From the NCBI RefSeq assembly GCF_004010195.1, contig NC_057711.1:77260795-77324794 (forward strand): a DNA stretch of 64,000 nt, given 5' to 3'. This stretch comes from Chiloscyllium plagiosum. Its lineage: Eukaryota. The notes beneath the pieces were generated by a model. It ran no database searches. It saw nothing but the letters and a program-made list of their open reading frames with translations, and was not told the origin of the DNA. A program made the translations under genes and the position numbers. Below are positions 50,448-62,429 of the stretch, piece by piece; position 1 is the first letter of the stretch, and the number at the start of each line of letters is the position of its first letter.

Positions 50448-52585
50448 TTTGAGGACTCCTAGAGCAACTTCCTCCTGAATGTATACCATTGTGCCACCAC
50501 CTCTGCTGGGTCTGTCCTGCTGATGAGACAAGACATATCCAGAGATGATGATTGTGGTGTCTGGGACATTGTCTGTAATGTATGATTCTGTGAGTTTGAT
50601 TGTGTCAGGCTGTTGTGTGGCTAGTCTGTGAGACAGCTCTGCCAATGTTGGCACTAACCTCCAAATGTTAGTGAGGGGGATTTTGCAGGGTCAACAGGGG
50701 TGTTTCTGCCATTGTCTTTTCCAGTGCCTATGTCGATGCCAGGTGTCCTGTCTGGTTTCATTTCCTTGAGACTTTGTCAAGATTGGTACAACTGAACGGC
50801 TTGCTAGGTCATTTCAGAGGGCAATTGAGATGTAACCACATTGTTGTGGGTCTGGAGTCACATGTAGGCCAGACCAGGTGAGAATGGCAGATTTCCTTCC
50901 CTGAAAGTCATTAGTTAAATAAATGGGTTTTTCAGATAATCAATAATGATTTCATGGTGATCAGTAGATTCTTAATTCCAGTTCTTTTCTTTTATTGAAT
51001 TGAAATTCCGCCATCTACGGAATCATACCCGGATCCCCAGAACATTAGCTGGGTTTCTGGATTAATAATACAGTGACAATACCACTCGGCCATCACCTAC
51101 CCATTAGAAAGTGCTACCCAATAAATGAGCTGGAAAAGAGCCTTTGGAAACTCGTATTTATAATTTTATTTAAGTTTGAATATGATATCGTTTATTCTGA
51201 AACTAAGGTCTAAAATCTGAGCAAAGGAAGCAATTAAGTTATGATGGGCAATTTCGATGTAGTTGGTCAGAAAATATATAGGCAACATTTCATATTTAAA
51301 GAAATAATGCATCATCTGCAACAAATACCTGTCTGTCTAGGACACAAAATCCCAACAGTAAAAGTGAATCAATCCTGTTAAATAGAGAAGTTAAAGAATG
51401 AATTAGATTAAAGAAACTGACTTCTAACATTATAAAGTAAATGGTAAGTCTGAGGTTTGGTAGCAATTTAGAATTTAGGGCCAAAAACCTGATAACGAAA
51501 TGAAAAAGAGAACATGAATGAAAGCTGGCAAGAAACATAAAGGCAAACTATAAAACCTTCCTTAGAAGTCTGATAAGGGAAATATTAATGAGGACAAATG
51601 TGGATCCATATGTGGAGATGGAAAAAATTATGGTGGAGAATAGGGATAAGGGAGAGAACATAAACAATTACTTTGCATTTGTCTTCATGGAGGAAGAGAC
51701 AGAATATCTCACAGAAATGCTAACAAACTAAAGTCTGTGCAAATGAAGAATAAGAGACATTACTCCTAATAAAGATGTACTCATTGACTGGATTAAAGTT
51801 CGATAAATCCTTTGGACCAGATGAGCTATATACCAGCGTATTGAAGGAGATAGCTATAGGGATAGTCAGGTATATTTGAAAGGTGGCTGTCTTTCAAAAT
51901 TCTATAGCTGCTGGTAAGGTCCCTGGAGACTGAAAAGTAACAAATGAAGGGAGGGAGAGAGGAAATGGAGACCTATAGATCTGTTAGTTTGACATTAGTA
52001 CTCAAGTAAATATTGGAAATTATTATAAAGGGTGTGATATCCAGAAACATAGATGACAATTGTATAAAGTCAACGTGGGTGGATTCTGGATGAATGGAAA
52101 TCCTGTGGCATCGATAAAGGAGAAACAGTGGATTAGGTGCATTTAGATTTTCAGAATGCTTTTGTGAGGTCATACACAGGAGATAAGTAAATAAACTTTC
52201 AGCAGATGGATTGGGATGATAAACTAATAATGGATTGAACAATGGTTAAGAGAAAGAAAAGAGAGAGTTGGAATAAATGGATTACTCTCCAGAGGCAATT
52301 GTTGCATGGGATACCACAAGGATCTATACCAGGACCACAACAGTTCATAGTCAAAATAAATGATTTGGATATGGGAATCAAACATAATATTTCCAAATTC
52401 ACTGATAATGAAAGATTATCTGTCAGTTTATTTGTGAGGAGGATACATGAAAACCTCAGGAGGACCTAAGCAGGGAATAGGCAAGAACAGAGCAGATGGT
52501 ATATTAAATGAATATGTATGATTTTATCTACTTTGGCAGGGAAAAAAAAAGAGACCAACAGTGTATTTGTTAATGAATGTGAAGT

Positions 52586-52865
52586 TGGGCAACACAGTGG
52601 CTGAGTGGGTAGCTCTGCTGCCTCACAGTGCCAGGGACCCGGGTTTGACTGTCTGTGTGGAGTTTGCACATCCTCCCCATGTCTGTGTGGGTTTCCATCA
52701 GGTGCTCCGGTTTCCTCCCACAATCCAAAGATTAGGTGGATTGGCCATGTTAACTATGGGTTTATGGGAATAGGGCAGGAGACTGGGTCTGGGTGGGATG
52801 CTCTTTAGAGGGTCAGTGCAGACTCCATGGGCCAAGTGCCCTTGTGCTATTTAGATTCTATGATT
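52586..52865 (+). mobile_element. Old V-SINE
   Basis: gggcaacacagtggctgagtgggtagc..ctgtgtggagtttgcaca..ggtttcctcccaca. Confidence 0.85.
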
Positions 52866-53056
52866 CAAGACATTGGTTCTGAGACTCACAACTACTAACT
52901 CAGATTAAAGCAGAGAATACTGAATATAGACTGGTATGGAGCTGGAATTTGCATGTGGTGAACCATCTGGGCACAAACAGCTTGCACCCTTGGCAGGAAT
53001 AAAGGGTGGGTAATCTGCAAGCTTGCTGGATGGTGGTCGGTTTGAATTTAATTTAA

Positions 53057-53885
53057 AGTCATAGAGATGTACAGCACGGAAACAGACCCTTAGGTCCAAT
53101 TTGTCCATGCCGACCAGATGTCCTAAATTAATCTCGTCACATTTGGCAGCACTTGGCCCATATCCCTCTAAACCGTTCCTATTCATATACCCATCCAGAT
53201 TTGTTTTAAATGTTGTAATTGCAACAGCCTCCACCACTTCCTCTGGCAGCTCATTCCATACACACACCACCCTCTGCATGAAAAAGTTGCCCCTTAGGTC
53301 CCCTTTAAATCTTTCCTCTCTCACTTTAAATCTATGCCATCTAGTTCTGGATTCCCCTACCCCAGGGAAAAGACCTTACCTATTTACCCTATCCATGTCC
53401 CTCATGATTTTATAAATTTCTGGACAGTCTCCACTCAGACTCCAATGCTCCAGGGAAAATAGTCCCAGCCTATTCAACCTCTCCCTCTAGCTTAAACCCT
53501 CCAAACCTGGCAACATCCTTGAAAATTATTTCTGAGCCCTTTCAAGTTTCCCAAAGTCCTTCTATAGGAAGGAGACCAGAATTGCACACAATATTCCAAC
53601 AGCGGCCTAACCAATATCCTGTACAGCCACAACATGACCTCCCAACTCCTATACTCAATGCTCTGACCAATAAAGGTAAGCAAACCAAATGCCTTCTTCA
53701 CTATCCTATCTACCTGAGGCTCTACTTTCAAAGAACTATGAACCTGCACTCCAAGGTCTCTTTGTTCAGCAACACACCCCAGGACCTTACCATTAAGTGT
53801 ATAAGTCCTGCCCTGAATTGTCTTTCCAAAATGCAGTACCTCACATTTGTCAAAGTTAAACTCCATCTGCCCATTTTTCAGCCGT
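53057..53885 (-). mobile_element. CR1 3' portion followed by a C-rich tract (53908-53938)
   Basis: MEFNFDKCEVLHFGK..LVRPLLEYCVQFWSP..RVVCVWNELP. Confidence 0.93.
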
Positions 53886-55599
53886 CCCTTTACCTGCAAG
53901 TATCTGTACCCCCCCCCCCCCCCCCCCCCACTCCCCCTTGCGTGTCGAATCAAGTTAGTCACGTTGAGCTGAGGTTATCAGGTCAGGATTTGTGTTACAT
54001 TTGGAGGTTAATTAGGCAAATGAAGTTTTCTTACAGCCAGCCAGTCATCATATCATAATGCCCATGGTAGCTTTTATTCTTGGAAGGTGGGAGACATTGT
54101 TTTAAACTCATAAATCATCAATCTATGAAGATGGCCACTCTGTCCCTGTCTGGAGATTTAGTGAGGAGTCAGCTTTCAATAATATTCTAAGTAACATGTT
54201 AGGGAATGTACAATAAGAGGAAAATATAAGAACAAGTTAAATTGTCAGGATGATCAGAAGTTCAACCTTAGATCAAGCCTAATCATCTTGAGTCCATGGA
54301 AAAGTCAGTAAGAATTTAATGTGATGGTTACTATATTTTATGTTTGAATAATTAATTTGAATTTAAACAACACACTTGAGTCTGAACAGTGAGGAATCAT
54401 TTAACTAATTGAAAGACAATTCCTTACAAAATGGACTAAGAATTTTCTGCAGAGGACAAAAATCAGGATCTAAATGGAGAAGCCAAAAAGAGTGCTGAAT
54501 GGGCAAGTGAACTGAGATGCTATGTTTATTAGATAGCCTGTCAGAAATCCTGCCTCCACTATCAAGGAGCATGGAGGTATCCACCTCCAACTTGAAGAGA
54601 GTATAGCCCAGAGCTTTCCCTTTCCACAACCTCTGCTCTGCTTTCCTGTCATGCAACAGACCCAAAGGCACTGAATTATTACCCCCATAACTGCTATAAC
54701 CAGCCTAAACATGTACATGCCACCTACTCCTATCCCCAATTTCCCTCCACCCCAAGCTGCTGTCATGAAATGACATGCTCTCTAACAAAGTCACAAACAC
54801 AAAAAAAATACTCAACCTTTGCGGAAGTATAACCACACACTTCACAATAACAGAAGTTTCAAGAAGCTACATTATCTGGAATCAGAATGTCTGTCTTTTA
54901 AATTAACACTGCAGCAATGCCCATCTTGCAAGTTCATGCTTATTTTTCTTGAGTCAACAATGTGAAGCTGACTGGTGATATGTTGCTCAAATTTGAAGCA
55001 TGGCATCACATCAACTCATTAGGCTTTGTGTGTGACATCAGGATGATGCTGAATCAACACCTTCTCGGACATGCGAATATTACTCCTCAGCGAATGTTAC
55101 TCTGGCAGCACAGGAAGCAAGCACCAGTGTTGGCGACATAAAAATAGGAACGCAAGACCTCTGTTGATTTGCTCCAAGAACAATATAAAAATAATTTCTC
55201 AGCCAACGTGCATATTTTTTATTTTAATTCATGGGATGTGCGGGTAGCTGGATGAACCAGCATTAATTGCCCATCCTTAATTGCTCTGGAGAAGGTGGTG
55301 GTAAGCTGCCTTTTTAAGTAACCAATCTTTGGTCTGAGCTGTTAATCAGGGAGTTCCAAGATTTTGCCTGAGTGACAGTGAAGGTACAGCAATGTAAGTC
55401 CAAGACAGGATGGTGTGTGGCTTGGAGGGGAACTTGCAGATTCCCATGCATCTGACTTGTCTTTCAAGGGGTTGAAAAATGTTATCTGAGGAGTTATTGC
55501 AGTGCATCTAGTAGATTGTACAGATTGCAGTCACTGACGGTAAAGAAAATGAACTTTGAAGGTGCTGGATGGCGTGCCAGTCGAGTGGTTTGCTCTATC

Positions 55600-55745
55600 C
55601 TGAAGAAGGGCTTATGCCCGAAATGTCAATTCTCAACGTCGATTCTCCTGCTCCTTTGATGCTGCCTGACCTGCTGCGCTTTTCCAGCAACACATTTTTC
55701 AGCTCTGATCTCCAGCATCTGCAGTCCTCACTTTCTCCTTGTTGA
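55600..55745 (+). mobile_element. Penelope-like solo terminal repeat starting at a hammerhead core
   Basis: CTGAAGA A GGGC TTAT GCCC GAAA; approximate TSD tctatcctga / tctgtcctga. Confidence 0.85.
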
Positions 55746-56232
55746 TTCTGTCCTGAATGGTGTCAAGGTTCTTGAGTCTTAGATCCAAACAAGTGGAGAG
55801 TATTTAACTTGTGCCTTGTAGATGATATTGGGGAAATAGAAGATGAATTACTTGATGCAGCATTCCTAGCCTCTGACCTGTACTCAGAGCCATTATATTT
55901 ATATGATTGGACCAGATTAGTTCCTGGTCAATAGGAACCTGCAGGATATTGATAATGGGGATAGTATTCAGTAACAATAATGCTATTGATAATAAACTGG
56001 CAATTCTTTTTCTTTATTTATACATATGGCACCGTTGTCAATAGCTGGGCCAGCATTAATTACCCTCCCTAGTTACCGCTGAGAAAGTGATGGTGAGCTG
56101 AGACTCTCTCTTGTTGGAGATGGTCAATGCCTGGCAGGAACAGGTTTGCTGCATGAATTTTCTGCAAACAGACATAGATTGGTTCAGTATCCAAAGCATT
56201 GCAAATGGTACTGAATATTGTGCAATGTTCAA

Positions 56233-56368
56233 TGAGGAGAAATTGAGGACTGCAGATTCTGGAGAGCCAGAGTTGAAAAGTGTGGCAAATGCCCAAAATG
56301 TTGAATTTTCTGCTCTTCAGATGATGCTTGACCTGCTGTACTTTGCCAGTGCCACGCTCTTCCACAAT
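56233..56368. mobile_element. Two oppositely oriented Penelope terminal fragments
   Basis: gaggactgcagattctggagagccagagttg (antisense) joined to tgcccaaaatgttga..gacctgctgtactttgccag (sense). Confidence 0.7.
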
Positions 56369-57014
56369 ATTCAATGTGCATCCCATATCTGAGCCTATGA
56401 CAGAGAGAAGGCCATTGATGGAATGGCTGAAGATGACTGGGCCTCGGACACTATCCTGAAGAATTCTTGCTGTGATGTCCTTGGACTTTGGTGACTCACC
56501 TCCAACAACCAGAATCATTTTCCTTCATGTTAGGTCTGAATTCAACCAGTGGAAAGTTACCCTGCAATTCCTATTGACTTTGTTTTGCTTGGGCCCTTTG
56601 ATGCCACATTCGAACAAATGTGGCCTTGATGTCTAGGACATTCAGTCTGGAATACAGTATTTTTGTTCATGTTTGAACTAAGGCTGTAATAATGTCAGAT
56701 GCTAAGTGACATTTTGCATTGAATGCTCTGCAACTGCAATCTACATTCTGACAATATAGAGGGAATTTTAACATGGCAATGCATTGATAGTGTCATTGAC
56801 ATGGGAAAGTGGTGCAATAATCACTCTTGGGGAACACAGAAGTAAGTGCAAAACATCTATATCTGCAGTTTTAGCCCATGACTTGCATTTGCTTCCAGAT
56901 TTGCATGATGTCAGTATTAATTCATTATTTAAAATGATGCTGCGAAGATGACAGTTGATGGATAGTGGAGATGGGGAACCAAGAAAATAAAAGTCATTAT
57001 GCAGTTCCAACATG

Positions 57015-57245
57015 GAAAGTCTGCATCTCATTTCACTGATGCATCAATTGATCTGATGTTGGTCTATGAGAGACCACAGGAAGATAATCTTATCCATTAA
57101 CAAGAGGAAGGAGCCTGTCAGTGACAGCAAGAAGGCACAGTTGCACATTTCTCTGGAGTTGAGCAATGGAAGCTTGGTGCTGAACTGCTAGATATAGTAC
57201 CAGAAGAATTTCATTTGTTTGATCAGGGCTGGAAATTGAGTAGAA
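57015..57245 (+). pseudogene. Decayed Harbinger accessory Myb/SANT-like gene
   Basis: SASHFTDASIDLML and AQLHISLELSNGSLVLNC*I*YQKNFICLIRAG fit the pattern APRFSDxxLExLL..WxxVAxxVS..RTWxQCRKRFNDL. Confidence 0.55.
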
Positions 57246-57498
57246 CAATACTATATCCTGCTGTATGTGGCACACCAATCCCTCCGCCTGCCTTCACAAA
57301 CCAACTCCTGCACATTCCTCACAATAATTTAAATTGATTGCACATCCAACCCTCCATTTGCATTTCCTCACATCCAAAACCATGTACCCACCAGTAATAT
57401 TATCCCTCATCTTAATGTAAAATCATGTCTTTTCCTCAAAAGTACCATCAACACATGTGGTCCAATACTTTCTCAAAGATACTTTGTTGGACCCCTTG

Positions 57499-57998
57499 NN
57501 NNNNNNNNNNNNNNNNNNNNNNNNNNNNNNNNNNNNNNNNNNNNNNNNNNNNNNNNNNNNNNNNNNNNNNNNNNNNNNNNNNNNNNNNNNNNNNNNNNNN
57601 NNNNNNNNNNNNNNNNNNNNNNNNNNNNNNNNNNNNNNNNNNNNNNNNNNNNNNNNNNNNNNNNNNNNNNNNNNNNNNNNNNNNNNNNNNNNNNNNNNNN
57701 NNNNNNNNNNNNNNNNNNNNNNNNNNNNNNNNNNNNNNNNNNNNNNNNNNNNNNNNNNNNNNNNNNNNNNNNNNNNNNNNNNNNNNNNNNNNNNNNNNNN
57801 NNNNNNNNNNNNNNNNNNNNNNNNNNNNNNNNNNNNNNNNNNNNNNNNNNNNNNNNNNNNNNNNNNNNNNNNNNNNNNNNNNNNNNNNNNNNNNNNNNNN
57901 NNNNNNNNNNNNNNNNNNNNNNNNNNNNNNNNNNNNNNNNNNNNNNNNNNNNNNNNNNNNNNNNNNNNNNNNNNNNNNNNNNNNNNNNNNNNNNNNNN
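57499..57998. other. Assembly gap
   Basis: N run. Confidence 1.
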
Positions 57999-58006
57999 TT
58001 TGGGAT

Positions 58007-58205
58007 AAGAGTGTAGTGCTGGAAAAGCACAGCAGGTCAGGCAGCATTCAAGGAGCAGGAGAATCAACATTTCAGATGTAAGCCCTTCATCGGGGCTTAT
58101 GTCCAAAACATTGATTCTCCTGCTCCTTGGATGCTGCTTGACCTACTGCGCTTTTCCAGTATCACACTCTTGACTCTAATCTCCAGCATTTGCAGTCCTC
58201 ACTTT
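58007..58205. mobile_element. Inverted Penelope terminal repeats forming a palindrome with 79-bp arms
   Basis: 58007-58085 is the imperfect reverse complement of 58093-58171; 7-nt spacer ttcatcg. Confidence 0.9.
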
Positions 58206-60060
58206 GTACTAATATTTCAGGTGGGGAGGGGGGGGGGGGAGGTGGTGAGTCTACTATGGTCCATAATAGATGGGGCTCTAAAACTGACTTTGACCGAGCT
58301 CTTAATCAGTTGCCCTGGTGACTCACATGATTTGGTGTAACTGTGGACTTATAAAAATTCTGTGAGGCACTAGGATGTCTTGCAATGTTAAAGGATCAAC
58401 ATAAGTGCAATTTATTGTTGTTTGCAGATCCAAGTGGTGTGCTTTTGCTATCCTGGTACAAATAGAAACAACTTTTGAAAAAAAATCTTACTTTTCTGGG
58501 CCTCTTTTGGCCTTGATCCACTCCCTAAATCATCATTGACTGTTGGGCTTTGTGGGGTGGGGAAGCTGCGCTGCCTCTCTGCTACAGTCGGAGGTTAATA
58601 TTGATTACAGGTCTCAATATTGATTTTGGCGCCCAATTTGCAAGAGAGCCATATAACTTCAGAGCAGGGTCATTGGCAACTGCAAATGAAAACTTCAGTC
58701 AACCAAATTGAGGCAAGAAGCCAGTAAATAATTCCCCTACTACATTATTCCATGTACACCTCTGCCACCTCACCTGATTTCCAATGAGTGTGACATATTA
58801 AAATTCTCCCATAGGCGTTGATGAGCTTGAGCAAATATTCATCAACATATATGGTAATAATTCCATTTGGAATCTGTTACTCTAATTGTCCTGAATGTCA
58901 GCTAGCCTAGCCCAACTTTACAAAGCACTCGGTTTTATTTACAGCAACAGACACTTTGCCTCGATGTCTAAGTCAAATTCTAAATTAAACTCCAAATTGG
59001 TATGATTATGATACTTTATACAACTTGCCAAGTCTAAAAGTTTCTGCCCTTCTCATTTGTCTTGTGCTTTTTGGCAGTAGTGTACATATTAGGAAGTTGT
59101 TAGTGTGCAGTATGTTGTTCGATGTTGTCAACATTGATGTTACACTACTGTGGCATCTCAGTGACCTCAGTCTTTAAAAATTTTAAAAACAATGTAAGAA
59201 GCAAACATGAACAAAGGATGCTATAGGACTATATCAAATTCAAATCACTGCACAAACTCCATGAAAGGCTGGAGTTCTGTATTTTTCTTCACAAAAATAA
59301 CCTTTTTTGCATTCCAAGTTTGAAATTCTAATGCAATGCAGCAACAAATTCTAATGCAAGGCACAGTATTGAAAAATAATTGAAGTTCACTGTGTTGCAA
59401 CTGAAATAATATGGTGTCAAAGAACAAGAACAATCATCATAATCTGGTGATGAAAGTTTAAGATAACTGCCAACCATCATTTGGTAATGCCAACCCAGTT
59501 ATACTGAACAGCAATGACATTTCAAAAGAATTATATTTTTTGTCATGCAGTTTTTGGACGTCCTGACCTCGTAAAAAGTACAATGTAAACTTAAGCCCCT
59601 CTTTCTTTTCTTCGGTCAGGAGTGTGATACAATGTTTTGTCATGTGCAAAGCCAACCAAATTGCTGCAATAAAATGTTGACTTTGTGAGCTAATACGTTC
59701 TCTTCATACGGAACAGCAATTAATATGTCAGGTTAAGGATTAAGAGGGAAGTGGTGACACATTGCAAAAGGAATGTTTTTCCGATCTGATGCATTAATCT
59801 CTCTCAAGTGGACCAGGAGTCACTAATGAAGCTGCGGTGAGAAATCTGGAGTAGGGCAGTTAAACTGGAAAAGTGCAAACGCAACTCTGGCACACACTGT
59901 TTGATTACCTCAACCCTATTCATTTCATTGCAGGCAGCATGGTAAATGGTGGTGAGCAGATTTCCATGATCGCCACATGCAGCTAATGCTACCTGCACTG
60001 TTCATTGACTGTATGCATTAGCAGGAGACTGGTATTATAAGTGGTTAGCCCTACTTAAAA

Positions 60061-60185
60061 GAAGTTGGAAGATTTGTGCATTCAGTGCATAAATTTGCAG
60101 AAGATGGAGTTGAAAGATATTTCACATCCTTTGAAGAGCTGAGCTACGAAATGGCCAGGACGTGTTTGTTCTTATATTTTACAAT
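60061..60185 (+). pseudogene. Gypsy gag fragment
   Basis: EVGRFVHSVHKFAEDGVERYFTSFEEL, then after a frameshift KWPGRVCSYILQ, like the gag motif RLVPxFxExDVExYFxxFExxAxxxxWP. Confidence 0.55.
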
Positions 60186-60485
60186 GACATCAGAAAGATT
60201 TGGACAGACTTAGTGAATGGGTAAGAACATACAAATGAAAAATAATGTGGAAAAATGTGAGGTTATCCGCTTTGCTATTCAGATGAGCAGACCATTTCTG
60301 AAACGGAAAGAGATTAGAAAGTGTAGATGTGCAAAAAGTTGACATTCTTGACAATAGGTCACTGAAGGCTAACATGCAGGTGCAGCAAGATATTGGAAGG
60401 TTAGTGGAATGTTGAGATTTATTGCAAGAGGATTTGAGTCCAAGAAACGGTGAAGTCTTCTATTGTATAGGAACTTGGTTAGCAA
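60186..60485 (+). mobile_element. Old CR1 RT fragment
   Basis: aatgtggaaaaatgtgaggttatcc; ggtgcagcaag..ggaatgttg. Confidence 0.75.
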
Positions 60486-60904
60486 CATTCCTCTAATTTT
60501 CCTTTCAGCTGCACAGGTCTCCAAGGTCCATGTGCAAGTGACTTTTGGAACCAGAAATCAATGACACAATTGAAGGAGATTAGCAGCCAGTCAATCAAAC
60601 AGCCAACAACTCTGCAGTTCCAGCCACAACACAGAGAGCGATGGGCATTGCTGCTGTCACATCACCACATTGTCCTGCAAGAAAGAGTGCATTTTTTCAG
60701 TGATTGTGATGTATGTATTTGTGTGATGTGCTTACAACAGTTGAATAGTTCATAGTACAGTATCTATCGACTGTGCAGTGCATTGAGTTTTTCTCACCTC
60801 TCAATATAATCATAGCTGATCTAACACGCCAATGCCTTTTATCTATTCCATCCCCATAACCCTGCATACTAGTACTAATCAGAAACTTATCAATTTTTAA
60901 CTTT

Positions 60905-61118
60905 TATAAAAGCATAGTCCCAAAGGACCGTAAGGCTGCTCTCTCCTTAGAGAGAGAGATAACTGATGGTGGATTTTTAACCTCAGGGTCAGCACACCTC
61001 AGAGTGGGGGAGACCTTGAGAAGGAGAGTCCTTCATGGTAACCACAGCCAGCGCAGGAACTGAACTCATGCTGTTGGCATCACCCTGCATCACAAACCAG
61101 CTCTCCAGCCAATTAACA
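60905..61118 (-). mobile_element. tRNA-derived SINE, third family, copy 1
   Basis: Reverse complement: ttggctggagagctggtttgtgatgc..gagttcagttcc (B-box)..gagagcagcc..gggactatg. Confidence 0.75.
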
Positions 61119-61204
61119 TAATGAACAAACATACTAAATCTGAGCTACTAGGCACTCTGGTACTTTCCAGGTAGCAGTCAGAGCAATATATTCTTTTCCT
61201 TCTT

Positions 61205-61415
61205 TGTAAATAAAGTTGCCATTGTCCAAGAACACTGCTCTCTCATTAGAGAGAGAGAGGGAGAGAGAGACAAGTGATGATGATTTTAACCTAAGCATCA
61301 CCATATCTCAGGTTGAGAAGGCAGGACCTTCTTGGTAACCTCAGCCATTGCAGGAATTGAACCTACACTGTTGGTATTACGTGGCATCACAAACCAGCCA
61401 TCCAAGCAAACCAAC
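61205..61415 (-). mobile_element. tRNA-derived SINE, third family, copy 2
   Basis: Homologous to 60905-61118; B-box ggttcaattcc on the minus strand. Confidence 0.75.
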
Positions 61416-61590
61416 TTCTCCCTCCCTAACTTCTCCGTAATATGTTAGCCAATATCTTAATGACAGAAAGAAATATTGGTCAACAGCCCTTTACAAAACT
61501 GACCACAGAGGGTGAAATATGATCAGCATATTACTTCTAAATTACAAATGATTTAGCACACCTTGGAAATTTTGTAAGCTTTGTTTGACT

Positions 61591-61800
61591 TACTGTTGAA
61601 CATCTGCATTAAAAATGAATGACAGACTTAGATGTATATTAAATGTGCTTTTCTTAAAATGCTACAAGCGGCGCTGTGAGGCAGCAGTGCTAACCACTGT
61701 GCCACCGTGCCACCCACCACCTACTGTTGAACATCTGCATTAAAAATGAATGACAGACTTAGATGTATATTAAATGTGCTTTTCTTAAAATGCTACAAGC
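61591..61800. repeat. Perfect 79-bp direct repeat flanking a 52-bp HE1 SINE head fragment
   Basis: 61591-61669 is identical to 61722-61800; the insert is 61670-61721. Confidence 0.95.
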
Positions 61801-62429
61801 CTTTTGGTATAATTTTTATTTGCTTATTAGTCCTTGTCTGTTTTCTGTGGTATTGTCCCTGTATCCCATTATGATGTCAATTTCTAATTGAGATGCAGTA
61901 CTAAGTATATAGTTGTTTAACCACAAATGAACTAAAGAAGGTACAGGAGGTCAGCCAGTTCTCTGCATTAAGTTTCCCACAAAGACCAGGAGACCAAAGC
62001 ATTAAACAACAGGAGCTTTATTATGGAGGTGTTCACTCTACAGGCAGTAAGGTTAGAATAAGCTGTTTCACCCCAAGATCATCAATGATGTAACCACTAT
62101 GCCATGTGATCGGACTCTTAAAGTGACAGTCCACTGTATTTAATAAGTACGAAACACTCTGATTAACACTGATAGAACAACATCAATACCAGAGGACTTC
62201 TAATAGTGGTAGTTTGACCATTACGTTCAGAGACAGTACTAGCTGTCATGAAAATAAGTTATGGGTTGACACAGAATGCAATGAGTTCCAGACAATATGA
62301 ATAGATTATGAAACAAAAACAGGAAATGTATGCAAAAATCAAACATGTCAGTCTCTGGTCGGATGCATTCGCCAAGCTGGTGTGGTTTTCTGCAAACATG
62401 TCAGCATCTGTAAAATACCAGACTGCATT

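Larger units (their letters stand above)
45680..51102 (-). mobile_element. Essentially full-length family B LINE (CR1-group, single EN-RT ORF, tRNA-like 5' head), about 3.2 kb after removing two nested insertions
   Basis: A-box TGGCCGAGTGG at 51092-51082; EN ..QQPDTIKLTESY..QDRPSRGGG; RT KAMGPDNI, ALDINAAFD, GMFVDDC, QVRSVMEYSPLAW; C-terminus FKKAAHHHLLK; tail gggcaataaatgc. Confidence 0.9.
44700..52585 (+). mobile_element. Old CR1 ORF2 acting as host for a nested stack (pieces at 44700-44935, 45271-45670, 51103-52585)
   Basis: EN remnant tataggccaccaaac before the insertions, and RT remnants aaatcctttggaccagatg and GIPQGSIPGP..INDLD..ISKFTDN after them. Confidence 0.7.
55215..56710 (-). mobile_element. 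Old family B LINE RT and 3' end with Penelope terminal insertions
   Basis: Antisense tail catgggatgtgcgg; LQDSVRGPVIFSHSINGL; ccctttgatgccacattcgaac. Confidence 0.8.

Noticed and set aside
61905..62190. Possible short solo LTR on the minus strand
   Set aside because: Composition and AATAAA are suggestive, but I could not fix termini or a TSD.
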